From assembly GCA_052279835.1 (NCBI GenBank), contig CP181291.1, forward strand, positions 1,856,001 through 1,920,000: a stretch of 64,000 nt of DNA. Reading direction: 5' to 3'. The notes under the pieces are model-generated. The model was not told the DNA's origin. It saw only the letters and a program-made list of their open reading frames with translations, and ran no database searches. Shown piece by piece: positions 29,374 to 38,226 of the stretch; position 1 is the stretch's first letter; each line of letters starts with the position of its first letter. The stretch is from Microcoleus sp. (GTDB taxonomy: Bacteria > Cyanobacteriota > Cyanobacteriia > Cyanobacteriales > Microcoleaceae). The translations under genes were made by a program, and so were the position numbers.

Positions 29374-31458
29374 TCAGTTTTTTGCTGCTAGCGTCTTGCA
29401 GTTTTCAACTAAACGGAGAAAATCTGCACGGTAGCCTTCTTTGTCTTCACCTTTGGCCTGACTTGCCAGCCTCAATACTTCATCAAAATTGGCTGTTCCC
29501 TTGTACTCAGAATCTCTCAAAACCATGCCAAAAGCAGCTACAGCAGCAGCAAACCTGAAGTTAGCAGAGGTATTTTCCAATTTAACAGGTTTGTCAATTA
29601 CTGACTGTGTAATTAACTGGCTGACTGTCTCGTTAGGTTTTTTATAACGGAATTTGACTTGCATCAATTCATCAGTTTGAGATGCAGACTGAGTGGCTGG
29701 GTTTGGTTGATATTTTAATGGATCGACTTCGGGTAATTTGACATCGCTGGCGACACCAACCGGAATAATTTCGTAAATTGCCGTTACCGAATGTCCTGCA
29801 CCTAATTCACCCGCATCTTTTTTGTCGTCATTAAAATCTTGATTTTGCAAAACTCGATTTTCGTAGCCAACTAGACGGTAAGCTTGAACTTTGGCTGGAT
29901 TGAATTCTACTTGAATTTTAACATCTTTGGCGATGGTAAATAGCGTGCCTCCCATTTGAGTGACTAATACTTTTTTGGCTTCTAATAAACTATCGATATA
30001 AGCGTAATTGCCGTTACCTTTATCGGCTAGCTGTTCCATTTTGGCATCTTGCAAATTACCTGTGCCAAATCCCAAAACACTCAGAAAAACTCCTTGCTCT
30101 CGCTTTTCTTCTATCAGGCGCACCAGTTCCCCATCGCTGGAAGTGCCGACATTAAAATCGCCGTCTGTTGCCAGAATAACGCGGTTGTTTCCTTGTTTGA
30201 TCAAGTTTTCTTTGGCAACTTTATAGGCAAGTTGAATGCCCGCCCCGCCTGCGGTAGAGCCGCCTGCTTGTAACTTATCGAGGGAATCTAAGATCTTTTC
30301 TTTTTGGTTTCCTGGTGTTGGGGGCAAAACTAATCCGGCGGCTCCGGCGTAGACTACAATTGTAACGCTATCTTTGGCTCTCAATTCGCTGACGAGATAT
30401 TTTAAAGATGCTTTGAGTAGCGGCAATTTGTCTGGGGAATTCATGGAACCGGAAACATCGATCAGAAATACGAGATTGTTCGGCGGTAAATCTTTGGTAG
30501 AAATGCTTTTTCCTTGTAAGCCAATGTGGACTAATTTGTGTTGGGGATTCCAGGGTGCATTGGCTACTTCTGTATTTATTGAAAAAGGTCGATCGCCTTT
30601 TGGCTGTGGATAGTCGTAGGTGAAGTAATTAATTAGTTCTTCCAAGCGCACTGCATCTTTTGGCGGCATCACACCGCTATTGATAAAGCGTCGCACATTG
30701 CTGTAGGATGCTGTATCGACATCGATGCCAAAGGTTGACAGTGGGTTGTTGCTAGCCCGCTGATAAGAGTTTTCGTAAATGCGGTTGTATCCTTCGCGAT
30801 CGAATTCTGGTGCAGGCAGATTTGCCGGAGATGATATTGTAGGTGGTGGCGGATTCATGCCCTCAAAAGTTCTACTTCTTAATACATCAGTGCCTGTAAA
30901 ATTGCCAGGAGAACGATTGTTAAATAAAGGAGTAGAATTTTGAATTGCTGCTTGTCGGCGGGGAATTGTTTCTGGAGAAGGTGGCGCTACAATTCCACTA
31001 GCGGGCTCTGAAAGTGGGTGATTTTGGGGGTTAGGATCAAGTGTTGCTTTTGGTAAAGGACTGATTGATGCTAAGTCTGAGGCAAATTCCGATCGCAAAC
31101 GTTGCACTGTGGCTACATCTTCCGGGCTGACTGTGGGTGTACCTGTGGCGATCGCCCGATCGACTTTTTCCAAACAACTATTTAAACTTAGCGCAAAATC
31201 CGAGCGTTTTAAAGCTCGATCGCCTAAAGTAGTACCAAGTGAGGGGAGAATCGGGCAACTGTAGCGTTTTGCTAAGGATAGTAGTGCTTGGAAAGCCCAA
31301 CTATTCGCTGTAATTTCCGCTGCTTGAGAAACATTGGTGGGAGTTGGTGCGCCAGTTTGGCGATCGACTTCTTGGGCGATCGTACTTTGGGGAGCGATGG
31401 AGTAAAAATTTAAAATTACTGGACTTAATACCACTATTTGCAACAAAAGTTTACGCAT
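29374..31458 (-). CDS. Secreted YfbK-type vWA protein with N-terminal SLH-like module
   Basis: STFGIDVDTASY, MIDAS DVSGSM, ATDGD, YRLVGYENR; N-terminal SWAFQALLSLAKRYSC...RSDFA. Confidence 0.85.
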   Translation of the reverse strand: MRKLLLQIVVLSPVILNFYSIAPQSTIAQEVDRQTGAPTPTNVSQAAEITANSWAFQALLSLAKRYSCPILPSLGTTLGDRALKRSDFALSLNSCLEKVDRAIATGTPTVSPEDVATVQRLRSEFASDLASISPLPKATLDPNPQNHPLSEPASGIVAPPSPETIPRRQAAIQNSTPLFNNRSPGNFTGTDVLRSRTFEGMNPPPPTISSPANLPAPEFDREGYNRIYENSYQRASNNPLSTFGIDVDTASYSNVRRFINSGVMPPKDAVRLEELINYFTYDYPQPKGDRPFSINTEVANAPWNPQHKLVHIGLQGKSISTKDLPPNNLVFLIDVSGSMNSPDKLPLLKASLKYLVSELRAKDSVTIVVYAGAAGLVLPPTPGNQKEKILDSLDKLQAGGSTAGGAGIQLAYKVAKENLIKQGNNRVILATDGDFNVGTSSDGELVRLIEEKREQGVFLSVLGFGTGNLQDAKMEQLADKGNGNYAYIDSLLEAKKVLVTQMGGTLFTIAKDVKIQVEFNPAKVQAYRLVGYENRVLQNQDFNDDKKDAGELGAGHSVTAIYEIIPVGVASDVKLPEVDPLKYQPNPATQSASQTDELMQVKFRYKKPNETVSQLITQSVIDKPVKLENTSANFRFAAAVAAFGMVLRDSEYKGTANFDEVLRLASQAKGEDKEGYRADFLRLVENCKTLAAKN

Positions 31459-31700
31459 CGACTTTTACTCCTGAAGATATTGCGATCGCCCTCTAGAATA
31501 ATATACTACATCGGTTTCCTAATTTGGAATTTTTTAACCACAGAGTACGCAGAGTACGCAGAGAGACTGTGAAGAGAGATGAATAACTATTATGAATAGA
31601 GAAATTGATAATTTAAATGATTCTATTTGCTACTATGATAACATATAGTAGTAGCATCGCTTCTGCCATCTCACATTTTTCCTATAAAATCTAAAATCGA

Positions 31701-33737
31701 ATGACTGTTTCTTCTCCAGTAGCAGATACCAAAAACCAACCCCGCCGCGAAACAGATTGGCGGTTATTCATGAGGTTGGCAACTTACGCAGGGCGCAGCA
31801 AACGCTTGTTAATTATTTCCATCGTCCTATTAGTACCCCTAGCAGTATCCGGCGCAGTTCAACCAGTCTTGATCGGACAGGCAATTTCGCTAATTCGAGC
31901 TGAACCTACCTACGAATTTCTGCGGGGAATGCCTTTGTCTGCTGGATTAAATCTTCTGGCAGTGTTACTGATGTTAACTATCACATTTCGGCTGGCACTG
32001 CAATCAGTTCAAGGCTATTTAGTCACGAAGGTAGGTCAAATAATTACTACTGATATTAGAAATGATTTGTTCGCCCACGTCACTTCCCTAGCCGTCAGAT
32101 TTTTCGATCGCACTCCTGTAGGCAAACTGATGACTCGTCTCACCAGTGATGTCGAGGCTTTGGGGGAAGTTTTTTCTTCCGGGGCGATCGGGATTATCAG
32201 CGATTTATTTTCAATATTAGTAATTGCCGTATTCATGTTTACCATGCAGTGGCAATTAGCTTTAATGTTGGTGTTAATGATGATCCCAATTACCGCCCTC
32301 ATAGTTTATTTTCAGTATAAATATCGGATCGCCAATTACAAGACTAGAGAAGAACTTTCCGATCTCAACGCACAACTGCAAGAAAACTTGACTGGTATTG
32401 GTGTAGTACAGCTATTTCGTCGTGAAAAATTCAATTCACAACTGTTTCGTGTCACTAATAAACGCTATATTAAGGCAATTGATGAAACAATATTTTACGA
32501 CTCCGCCGTATCTGCGACATTAGAATGGATTGCTTTAGTGGCGATAGCAGCAGTTTTGTGGATGGGCGGTCAAAGCCTTCTGGGAGGTACAATTAATTTT
32601 GGGACTCTCTCTGCATTCATTTTGTTTGCTCAGCGTCTCTTCGATCCCCTGCGGCAATTTGCAGAGAAATTTACCGCTATTCAAGCAGGATTTACGGCGG
32701 TTGAACGGATTAGCGATATTCTCAACGAACCCATCGAAATTAAAGATCCAAGTATCCAACAAAAGCAAGAAGTAGGAAGAGGGAATAGCAAACAAGGAAA
32801 AGCAGAATATTATTCACCGCTGCTGATAACGGGACATCCAGACGCCATTGGTTACAATTTGTCTCCATTCCAGCCAGAATTGAGCGAGGAGAATCCTGAA
32901 AATCCGCCCACTTCGGAATATCGTCTATTGTCTAAAAAATCCCAAATCACCCCGCCCCATTTAGCCTTAGCAAAAGACGGAAAAAATTTCCAATCGCCGG
33001 ATGGTGAATCGGGAGAAATCCAATTTGACAATGTGTGGTTTGCTTACAAAGAAGACGAATATGTGCTGCAAAACCTGAATTTCACAATCAAATCTGGGGA
33101 AAAAGTAGCATTAGTTGGGCCCACAGGCGCTGGGAAAAGTTCGATTATCCGTCTGTTGTGTCGCCTTTACGAGCCCACTAAAGGACGTATTTTAATTAAT
33201 CATGTCGATATTCGGGATTTGGCTCAAGCAGAATTGCGGCGACACATAGGGGTGATCATCCAAGATGGATTTTTATTTGCTGGGGATGTGAAAAGCAATA
33301 TTAGTCTGGGTGAAAATTACTCGATCGAGGAAATTCAAGCAGCAGCAGAAAAGACCAATGTTGCTGGTTTAATTGAACAATTGCCCCAAGGTTATGATAC
33401 GCAATTGCGGGAGCGAGGTACAAATCTTTCTGGGGGACAAAAGCAGTTATTAGCCTTTGCTCGTGCGGCTATTCGCAATCCCAGTATTTTAGTTCTAGAT
33501 GAGGCAACTGCTAGTTTGGATGTGGGTACAGAATCTTTGATTCAAGAAGCTCTAGAGCGTTTAATGGCGGAAAGAACGGCGATAATTATTGCTCACCGAC
33601 TCTCGACTATCCGAAATGTCGATCGCATTTTAGTGCTTAAACGCGGCCAATTAATAGAGTCTGGTAGCCATGAGGAACTGTTGCAACAAGAAGGGTTGTA
33701 TGCTAGTTTGTATAAGTTGCAAATGCTAGGAAGTTAA
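31701..33737 (+). CDS. ABC exporter, fused TMD-NBD
   Basis: GPTGAGKS, LSGGQ, ILVLDEAT, IAHRL. Confidence 0.95.
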   Translation: MTVSSPVADTKNQPRRETDWRLFMRLATYAGRSKRLLIISIVLLVPLAVSGAVQPVLIGQAISLIRAEPTYEFLRGMPLSAGLNLLAVLLMLTITFRLALQSVQGYLVTKVGQIITTDIRNDLFAHVTSLAVRFFDRTPVGKLMTRLTSDVEALGEVFSSGAIGIISDLFSILVIAVFMFTMQWQLALMLVLMMIPITALIVYFQYKYRIANYKTREELSDLNAQLQENLTGIGVVQLFRREKFNSQLFRVTNKRYIKAIDETIFYDSAVSATLEWIALVAIAAVLWMGGQSLLGGTINFGTLSAFILFAQRLFDPLRQFAEKFTAIQAGFTAVERISDILNEPIEIKDPSIQQKQEVGRGNSKQGKAEYYSPLLITGHPDAIGYNLSPFQPELSEENPENPPTSEYRLLSKKSQITPPHLALAKDGKNFQSPDGESGEIQFDNVWFAYKEDEYVLQNLNFTIKSGEKVALVGPTGAGKSSIIRLLCRLYEPTKGRILINHVDIRDLAQAELRRHIGVIIQDGFLFAGDVKSNISLGENYSIEEIQAAAEKTNVAGLIEQLPQGYDTQLRERGTNLSGGQKQLLAFARAAIRNPSILVLDEATASLDVGTESLIQEALERLMAERTAIIIAHRLSTIRNVDRILVLKRGQLIESGSHEELLQQEGLYASLYKLQMLGS

Positions 33738-33847
33738 GATTGGAAGGAAAAAGCAAAAATCTTCCCTTATTTCTTAGTCCGCCCAGACAGACTTAGTTTT
33801 TATAGTCGCAGTTTTAACCGCCCATTTTTCAACTTAGACAGTTCAAT

Positions 33848-34066
33848 TTACTTGCCAGAAATTGTTTTCCAAAGCGTTTCTGGCAGGTGAATTATGTACT
33901 GAAATAATTGATTGGGTCCGATGCCGAACATTAACTGCATCGTCAGCACAATTACGGCCAAAGCAATCGCCGTCCCGATGCTAGCCTTTAATACTTTCAC
34001 GGCCCAATTAAATACTAACCAAGATACAAGTAATGAGGCAATTAAGATAATTAATTCTATGGGCAT
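33848..34066 (-). CDS. Small two-TM membrane protein
   Basis: 72-aa hydrophobic ORF with FGIGP motif. Confidence 0.7.
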   Translation of the reverse strand: MPIELIILIASLLVSWLVFNWAVKVLKASIGTAIALAVIVLTMQLMFGIGPNQLFQYIIHLPETLWKTISGK

Positions 34067-34132
34067 ATAACATTTTTAACTCTTATTTAACTATACTTGT
34101 GATGGCTAACTATTTAAAACTATCTGTATACT

Positions 34133-35350
34133 TCAAGCAATGCTGCCGCGTTTCCGTGTTTCTTTGTAAGAAATTCCGACATTTTGTAAGCCTGCTTTAA
34201 TCATTTCTTGCTCCAATAAAGCGAAAAATCGACCTCTATCTCCTCCTTTCACCACAGCTTGATTGTGGGCTTCTGCTAAGGTGACTGGATAGCCGCCGCC
34301 TTTGCGTACCTGAGCTAGCATCATTCCCAAGGCTAAATCTAGCTGGGCTGAATCTTCGACTACCCATTCCGGCACTTCTATTCTAGCAATTTCTGTCCCT
34401 ACATGAACGTAACAAAAATAGACGGAATTCAAGCCGTACAAATCTAAGATTCTAGCTTGGGATTTCCAGAAAGGACTTCTTTCTCCCGGTGACAAGATTG
34501 TGGCCCATAAAATGACATCTCGCAAGGGTTCAAATACTTGACAAGGTGCTTTTTCGGCGTAGGAAAGTGTGGCCGCAAATCCGACATTGGGGCAGTTAGT
34601 TATGCAGTCGGGTACTTCGTGGGTGCAAGCTTGAAATCGTAAAAAAGATAAGCTGTCGCTGCTGCGAGAAGCACTCAGATATCCTAATAGGGGAATTCCT
34701 GCTAAACGCAACTTGTCCCATGCTGCTAAGATGGGCTGCAAAATTAAATCGCGGGCATCAGTGGGTAAGGGTTCTAAAAACCAATAAATCAGGGAACCGT
34801 CTACCATTGCTAAAGCTGGTGCTGGTAATTTGTGGTTATTAACTTTTGCCCAATTTTCCCCCATTTCTGCTAGGAAGATGGCTTCGGAAACTGCCCGCCG
34901 ATATCCCATCCATTCTTCTGTTCTAATTCCCCACTGTCGGGAAATATATAAGTCTTCTGGTTTGTAAAAAACTTCTGGTACACTGTTTAAAACTGGGTGG
35001 CGACTTTGCCCGTAGTGGAGCATGACAGTGCCGATGTTTAGCAGGTAGCAGTAGGCTATTTCGTGATGGTTTGGTGAAATTTGTGAGCCATCTGTGGCAA
35101 AGACTGTATGGGCTGTGGGGGGAGTTGGGATATAAGTGCGATCGGACAAGGACTCGATCGGTGTGGCAGAATTAAATAAAGTGCGATCGCTCCAACTCTC
35201 TTGTAATTGTACCAATTCTTCCTGTCTCGCTGCGGCTTTTTGTAACAAATTCTGAGCCACTTCTAAACGCTGGCGAGCCGCCACAGCCTCCACGGTTAAA
35301 TGTTGGCTCATTCCCTGCATTGCTTTTGCTGCTTTTGTTAAATCTAACAT
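34133..35350 (-). CDS. nurA: NurA-family nuclease
   Basis: ATDGSQ, MVDGSL, ARIEVP, GYPVTLAEAH. Confidence 0.88.
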   Translation of the reverse strand: MLDLTKAAKAMQGMSQHLTVEAVAARQRLEVAQNLLQKAAARQEELVQLQESWSDRTLFNSATPIESLSDRTYIPTPPTAHTVFATDGSQISPNHHEIAYCYLLNIGTVMLHYGQSRHPVLNSVPEVFYKPEDLYISRQWGIRTEEWMGYRRAVSEAIFLAEMGENWAKVNNHKLPAPALAMVDGSLIYWFLEPLPTDARDLILQPILAAWDKLRLAGIPLLGYLSASRSSDSLSFLRFQACTHEVPDCITNCPNVGFAATLSYAEKAPCQVFEPLRDVILWATILSPGERSPFWKSQARILDLYGLNSVYFCYVHVGTEIARIEVPEWVVEDSAQLDLALGMMLAQVRKGGGYPVTLAEAHNQAVVKGGDRGRFFALLEQEMIKAGLQNVGISYKETRKRGSIA

Positions 35351-35430
35351 TTGTTATTTGTTATTTGTTATTTGTTATTTGTTATTTGTTATTTGTTATT
35401 TGTTGTTTGTTGTTTGTTGTTTGTTTGTTA
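35350..35430. repeat. STRR array (TTTGTTA x7, then TTTGTTG)
   Basis: Tandem heptamers abutting the nurA start codon. Confidence 0.9.
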
Positions 35431-35461
35431 CTTGTGTTTTTTTACTCATTACTACATAACA

Positions 35462-36256
35462 TCATGTTTCCTCCGGGAGCCAATGGGAAAAATCTGCCGC
35501 AAACTGGGATAGAGACAACAATTGAACTGGTGCATTTTCAGCTACTGATTCCCGTTCAGCCAAAGTATTGTAACCCCAATCAGCTAAAAATAACTTCACA
35601 TCTGATAAATCAGGCTGTTGTTTCACCGAGAGCAAAGTTTTTAACCTGTCTTCCACAAACCAAATAGTAGTATTTTCGCCAGATGCTGCCAAAAATTCCC
35701 GCAAAATTTGATGTTTTGGCTTGTTATATTCCTTGCCATAAATTAATTCTGACGGTATTTGTACACCTGCTAGCTGCAAAAGTTCTCTCACAAAGCGACC
35801 TTCCTTTGTCGTAACTATCGCCACTTTGACCGAAGTATCCTGCCATCTGCATAAACTTTCGGCTACTCCTGGATAAAAACGGTGCAAAGAAAGCCATTCC
35901 GGCAAATCTTCGGCAATCCAATTATCCCGCAATCCATCTAAAATAGCCCCAACTGATGCAGCTTTTAAATCGTTTTCTGACATCAAGTGTGGTACAATGT
36001 TTGGCCAATCTAGCAATATTTGCTGTTCCGTAATTCCTGTCAGCAGTGCGCGAATCAGCAGGGGCATTTCCCACCCAGTTTCAATGGCTGGACGCACTCT
36101 ATAAAAACTGGAAGCTAAATCGGGTTCTGGGGCTGTTTGAGCGGGCTTCCAGATTTGACAGTAGGTGCGCCAAGCTGTTTGAAAATATTCGATTAATCCG
36201 TCGCAAATCACGCCGTCAAAATCCAGAGCTAGAATTGTGGGAAACTGATTATTCAT
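35462..36256 (-). CDS. HAD-family hydrolase
   Basis: DFDGVICD, VTTK, FVEDR, ADWGY. Confidence 0.9.
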   Translation of the reverse strand: MNNQFPTILALDFDGVICDGLIEYFQTAWRTYCQIWKPAQTAPEPDLASSFYRVRPAIETGWEMPLLIRALLTGITEQQILLDWPNIVPHLMSENDLKAASVGAILDGLRDNWIAEDLPEWLSLHRFYPGVAESLCRWQDTSVKVAIVTTKEGRFVRELLQLAGVQIPSELIYGKEYNKPKHQILREFLAASGENTTIWFVEDRLKTLLSVKQQPDLSDVKLFLADWGYNTLAERESVAENAPVQLLSLSQFAADFSHWLPEET

Positions 36257-36293
36257 TAGTAAGCTGTCAGTTGTATTTTTTCAGGAGTGATTA

Positions 36294-37043
36294 TTAGAAA
36301 GATTGAACTAGGGGTTGATTCATCACTGCATCTAGTTTTTGAGACTGCAATAATTTAGTCCACTCTGCTGTCAGCTTGGCATCATCAGGAGCCTGACGGC
36401 GCAATTGGGCGAGATTAGCTACTGTTTCGTACCAAATCCCATTATTAGCGTAAATGCTCAGTCTAGCGATCGGGTCGGGAGTCGCTAAATCGGTTTTGAG
36501 ACTTGGCTGAGGTTCAATCCGCTGCACAGAACCCTTGACAAAATAATCTCCTGCTCTATCTTGTGAGTTGCAAATTACCGCAAAGGACCACTGATATCGC
36601 TGACCTACTTGAAGAGATTTCTGAGGATTATTAGTAGTAGGAATAGTTACCTCAACAATCCCTGGCTTGTCAACTTTGAAGGTAGTTTTGTAAATTTCCG
36701 TTGCTTTTTCATCTTCTGTTTGCAAAGTAAACTCCACTTCAGAACCACTTTGAGAAACGTAAGCCAAAAATGTTGGCGAGGCTGCTAGGGTTAAACCAAA
36801 ATTGGTGTCTGGGATTAAGGGAATAATCGATAATTCTTTTTGACACGCATCCCCTCGATGGGTTCCACCTTGGCGATTGTTGGGAGCTTCCACATCAGGG
36901 GGCTGGAAATTAATATTCTGGCTCAGTTGCATGGGGGTAGACTCAGCTAGCAATGGTGCTGGTAGACTAGAAATAATAGCTGAGAGCGCCCCTAGAGCCA
37001 GAGACTTAGTATAAACAGTAGTAAGATGCAGAGAACGTTTCAT
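36294..37043 (-). CDS. DUF928 secreted protein, copy 1
   Basis: Signal peptide, FQPP...RQGGTHRG, SPTF, YQWSF..IC, YANNGIWYE. Confidence 0.88.
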   Translation of the reverse strand: MKRSLHLTTVYTKSLALGALSAIISSLPAPLLAESTPMQLSQNINFQPPDVEAPNNRQGGTHRGDACQKELSIIPLIPDTNFGLTLAASPTFLAYVSQSGSEVEFTLQTEDEKATEIYKTTFKVDKPGIVEVTIPTTNNPQKSLQVGQRYQWSFAVICNSQDRAGDYFVKGSVQRIEPQPSLKTDLATPDPIARLSIYANNGIWYETVANLAQLRRQAPDDAKLTAEWTKLLQSQKLDAVMNQPLVQSF

Positions 37044-37155
37044 TGCTTTGACTAAATTGTAGAAGTGTGCTATTGCATTTTTGTAGGGTTAACCAGGAGT
37101 TGAAACTTCTGATTAACACTACAACTATCTCAATATTGACACAATCGAGAAAAAA

Positions 37156-37893
37156 TTAAAGAGATTCAACCAAGGGTTGAGTGGCTACGGAATCAAGTCC
37201 TTGAGAGTGCAACAATTTATTCCACTCTGCGGTCAAAACTGAATCTCCTGGTTTCTGGCGGCGCAGTTCGGCTAGAGTCGTGAGTGTCTCATACCAAATC
37301 CCATTTTCGGCGTAAAAGTTGACTCTTGTCATCGGGTCGATTTTTTGTAAACTGTTGTGGATATTGGCTTCTTTTTCTACTCGTTCTACCCAGCCTTTTA
37401 CTACTAAATCCGCCGATCGATCTTGAGTATCACAAATCATGGAAAATGACCAGACATAACGCTTACCTGCTTGCACAGACTTTTCTTTGTCTCCGGGGGG
37501 AACCTTCACGCCGACAATCCCTGGCTTGTCAACTGTGAAACTTTTTTCGTAGACTAATTCGTCTTCCTTTTCTGTCAGCAATGTGAATTCTATTTGGGCT
37601 TCTGTTTGAGGGACATACACAAAAAATGTAGGCGAATCTGTCAGTGTTAAACCAATATTACTAATGGGAACTAAAGGAGTAATGGATAAGCCAGCCGGAC
37701 ATTTACCATTACCACGATGTGTGCCCCCTTGTCGGTTGGCTGGGGCTGTGACGTCGGGAGGCTGGAAGTTAAGACTCTGACTCAGAAGAATTGGTTGAGA
37801 TTGGGCCCGCACTGGTGTGGGTATTGTGGGGAGAGTGGCTGCGATCGCAGATAAAGCCACCGAAACCGTAGCAATATGTAAAAAACGTTTCAT
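37156..37893 (-). CDS. DUF928 secreted protein, copy 2; probable start 37893
   Basis: Paralog of the neighbour: MKRFLH, RQGGTHRG, YAENGIWYE. Confidence 0.88.
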   Translation of the reverse strand: MKRFLHIATVSVALSAIAATLPTIPTPVRAQSQPILLSQSLNFQPPDVTAPANRQGGTHRGNGKCPAGLSITPLVPISNIGLTLTDSPTFFVYVPQTEAQIEFTLLTEKEDELVYEKSFTVDKPGIVGVKVPPGDKEKSVQAGKRYVWSFSMICDTQDRSADLVVKGWVERVEKEANIHNSLQKIDPMTRVNFYAENGIWYETLTTLAELRRQKPGDSVLTAEWNKLLHSQGLDSVATQPLVESL

Positions 37894-38226
37894 TTTTTGT
37901 ACCTTTGAGTATAATATTGCAAACACAGAAATTGTCTGTTTGCGAGATTTTTTTTCGAGCAACTAGACTCGCTGTAGATACACATTTTTAACCTTGACAT
38001 ATCCATAGCATTAATTAATGCGATCGGCAAGTGTATTCTCAGCAGCCCAAACATCGAGTTGTCGAAGTCGTAAGGATTATTACGGAGACTGAAAGCTAAA
38101 AACGGTAAAAAATTTTGACAAAGTTGCGGAATCTTCGGACTGTTCTAAGATAGAGACTGTCGAGGGTTAAGGCAAGCGCCTACAAACTGCTACTCCACAA
38201 ACGACTCAAACCTTTATTCAGGGACC

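Noticed and set aside
35320..35667. 115-aa hydrophobic ORF
   Set aside because: STRR translation, antisense to real genes
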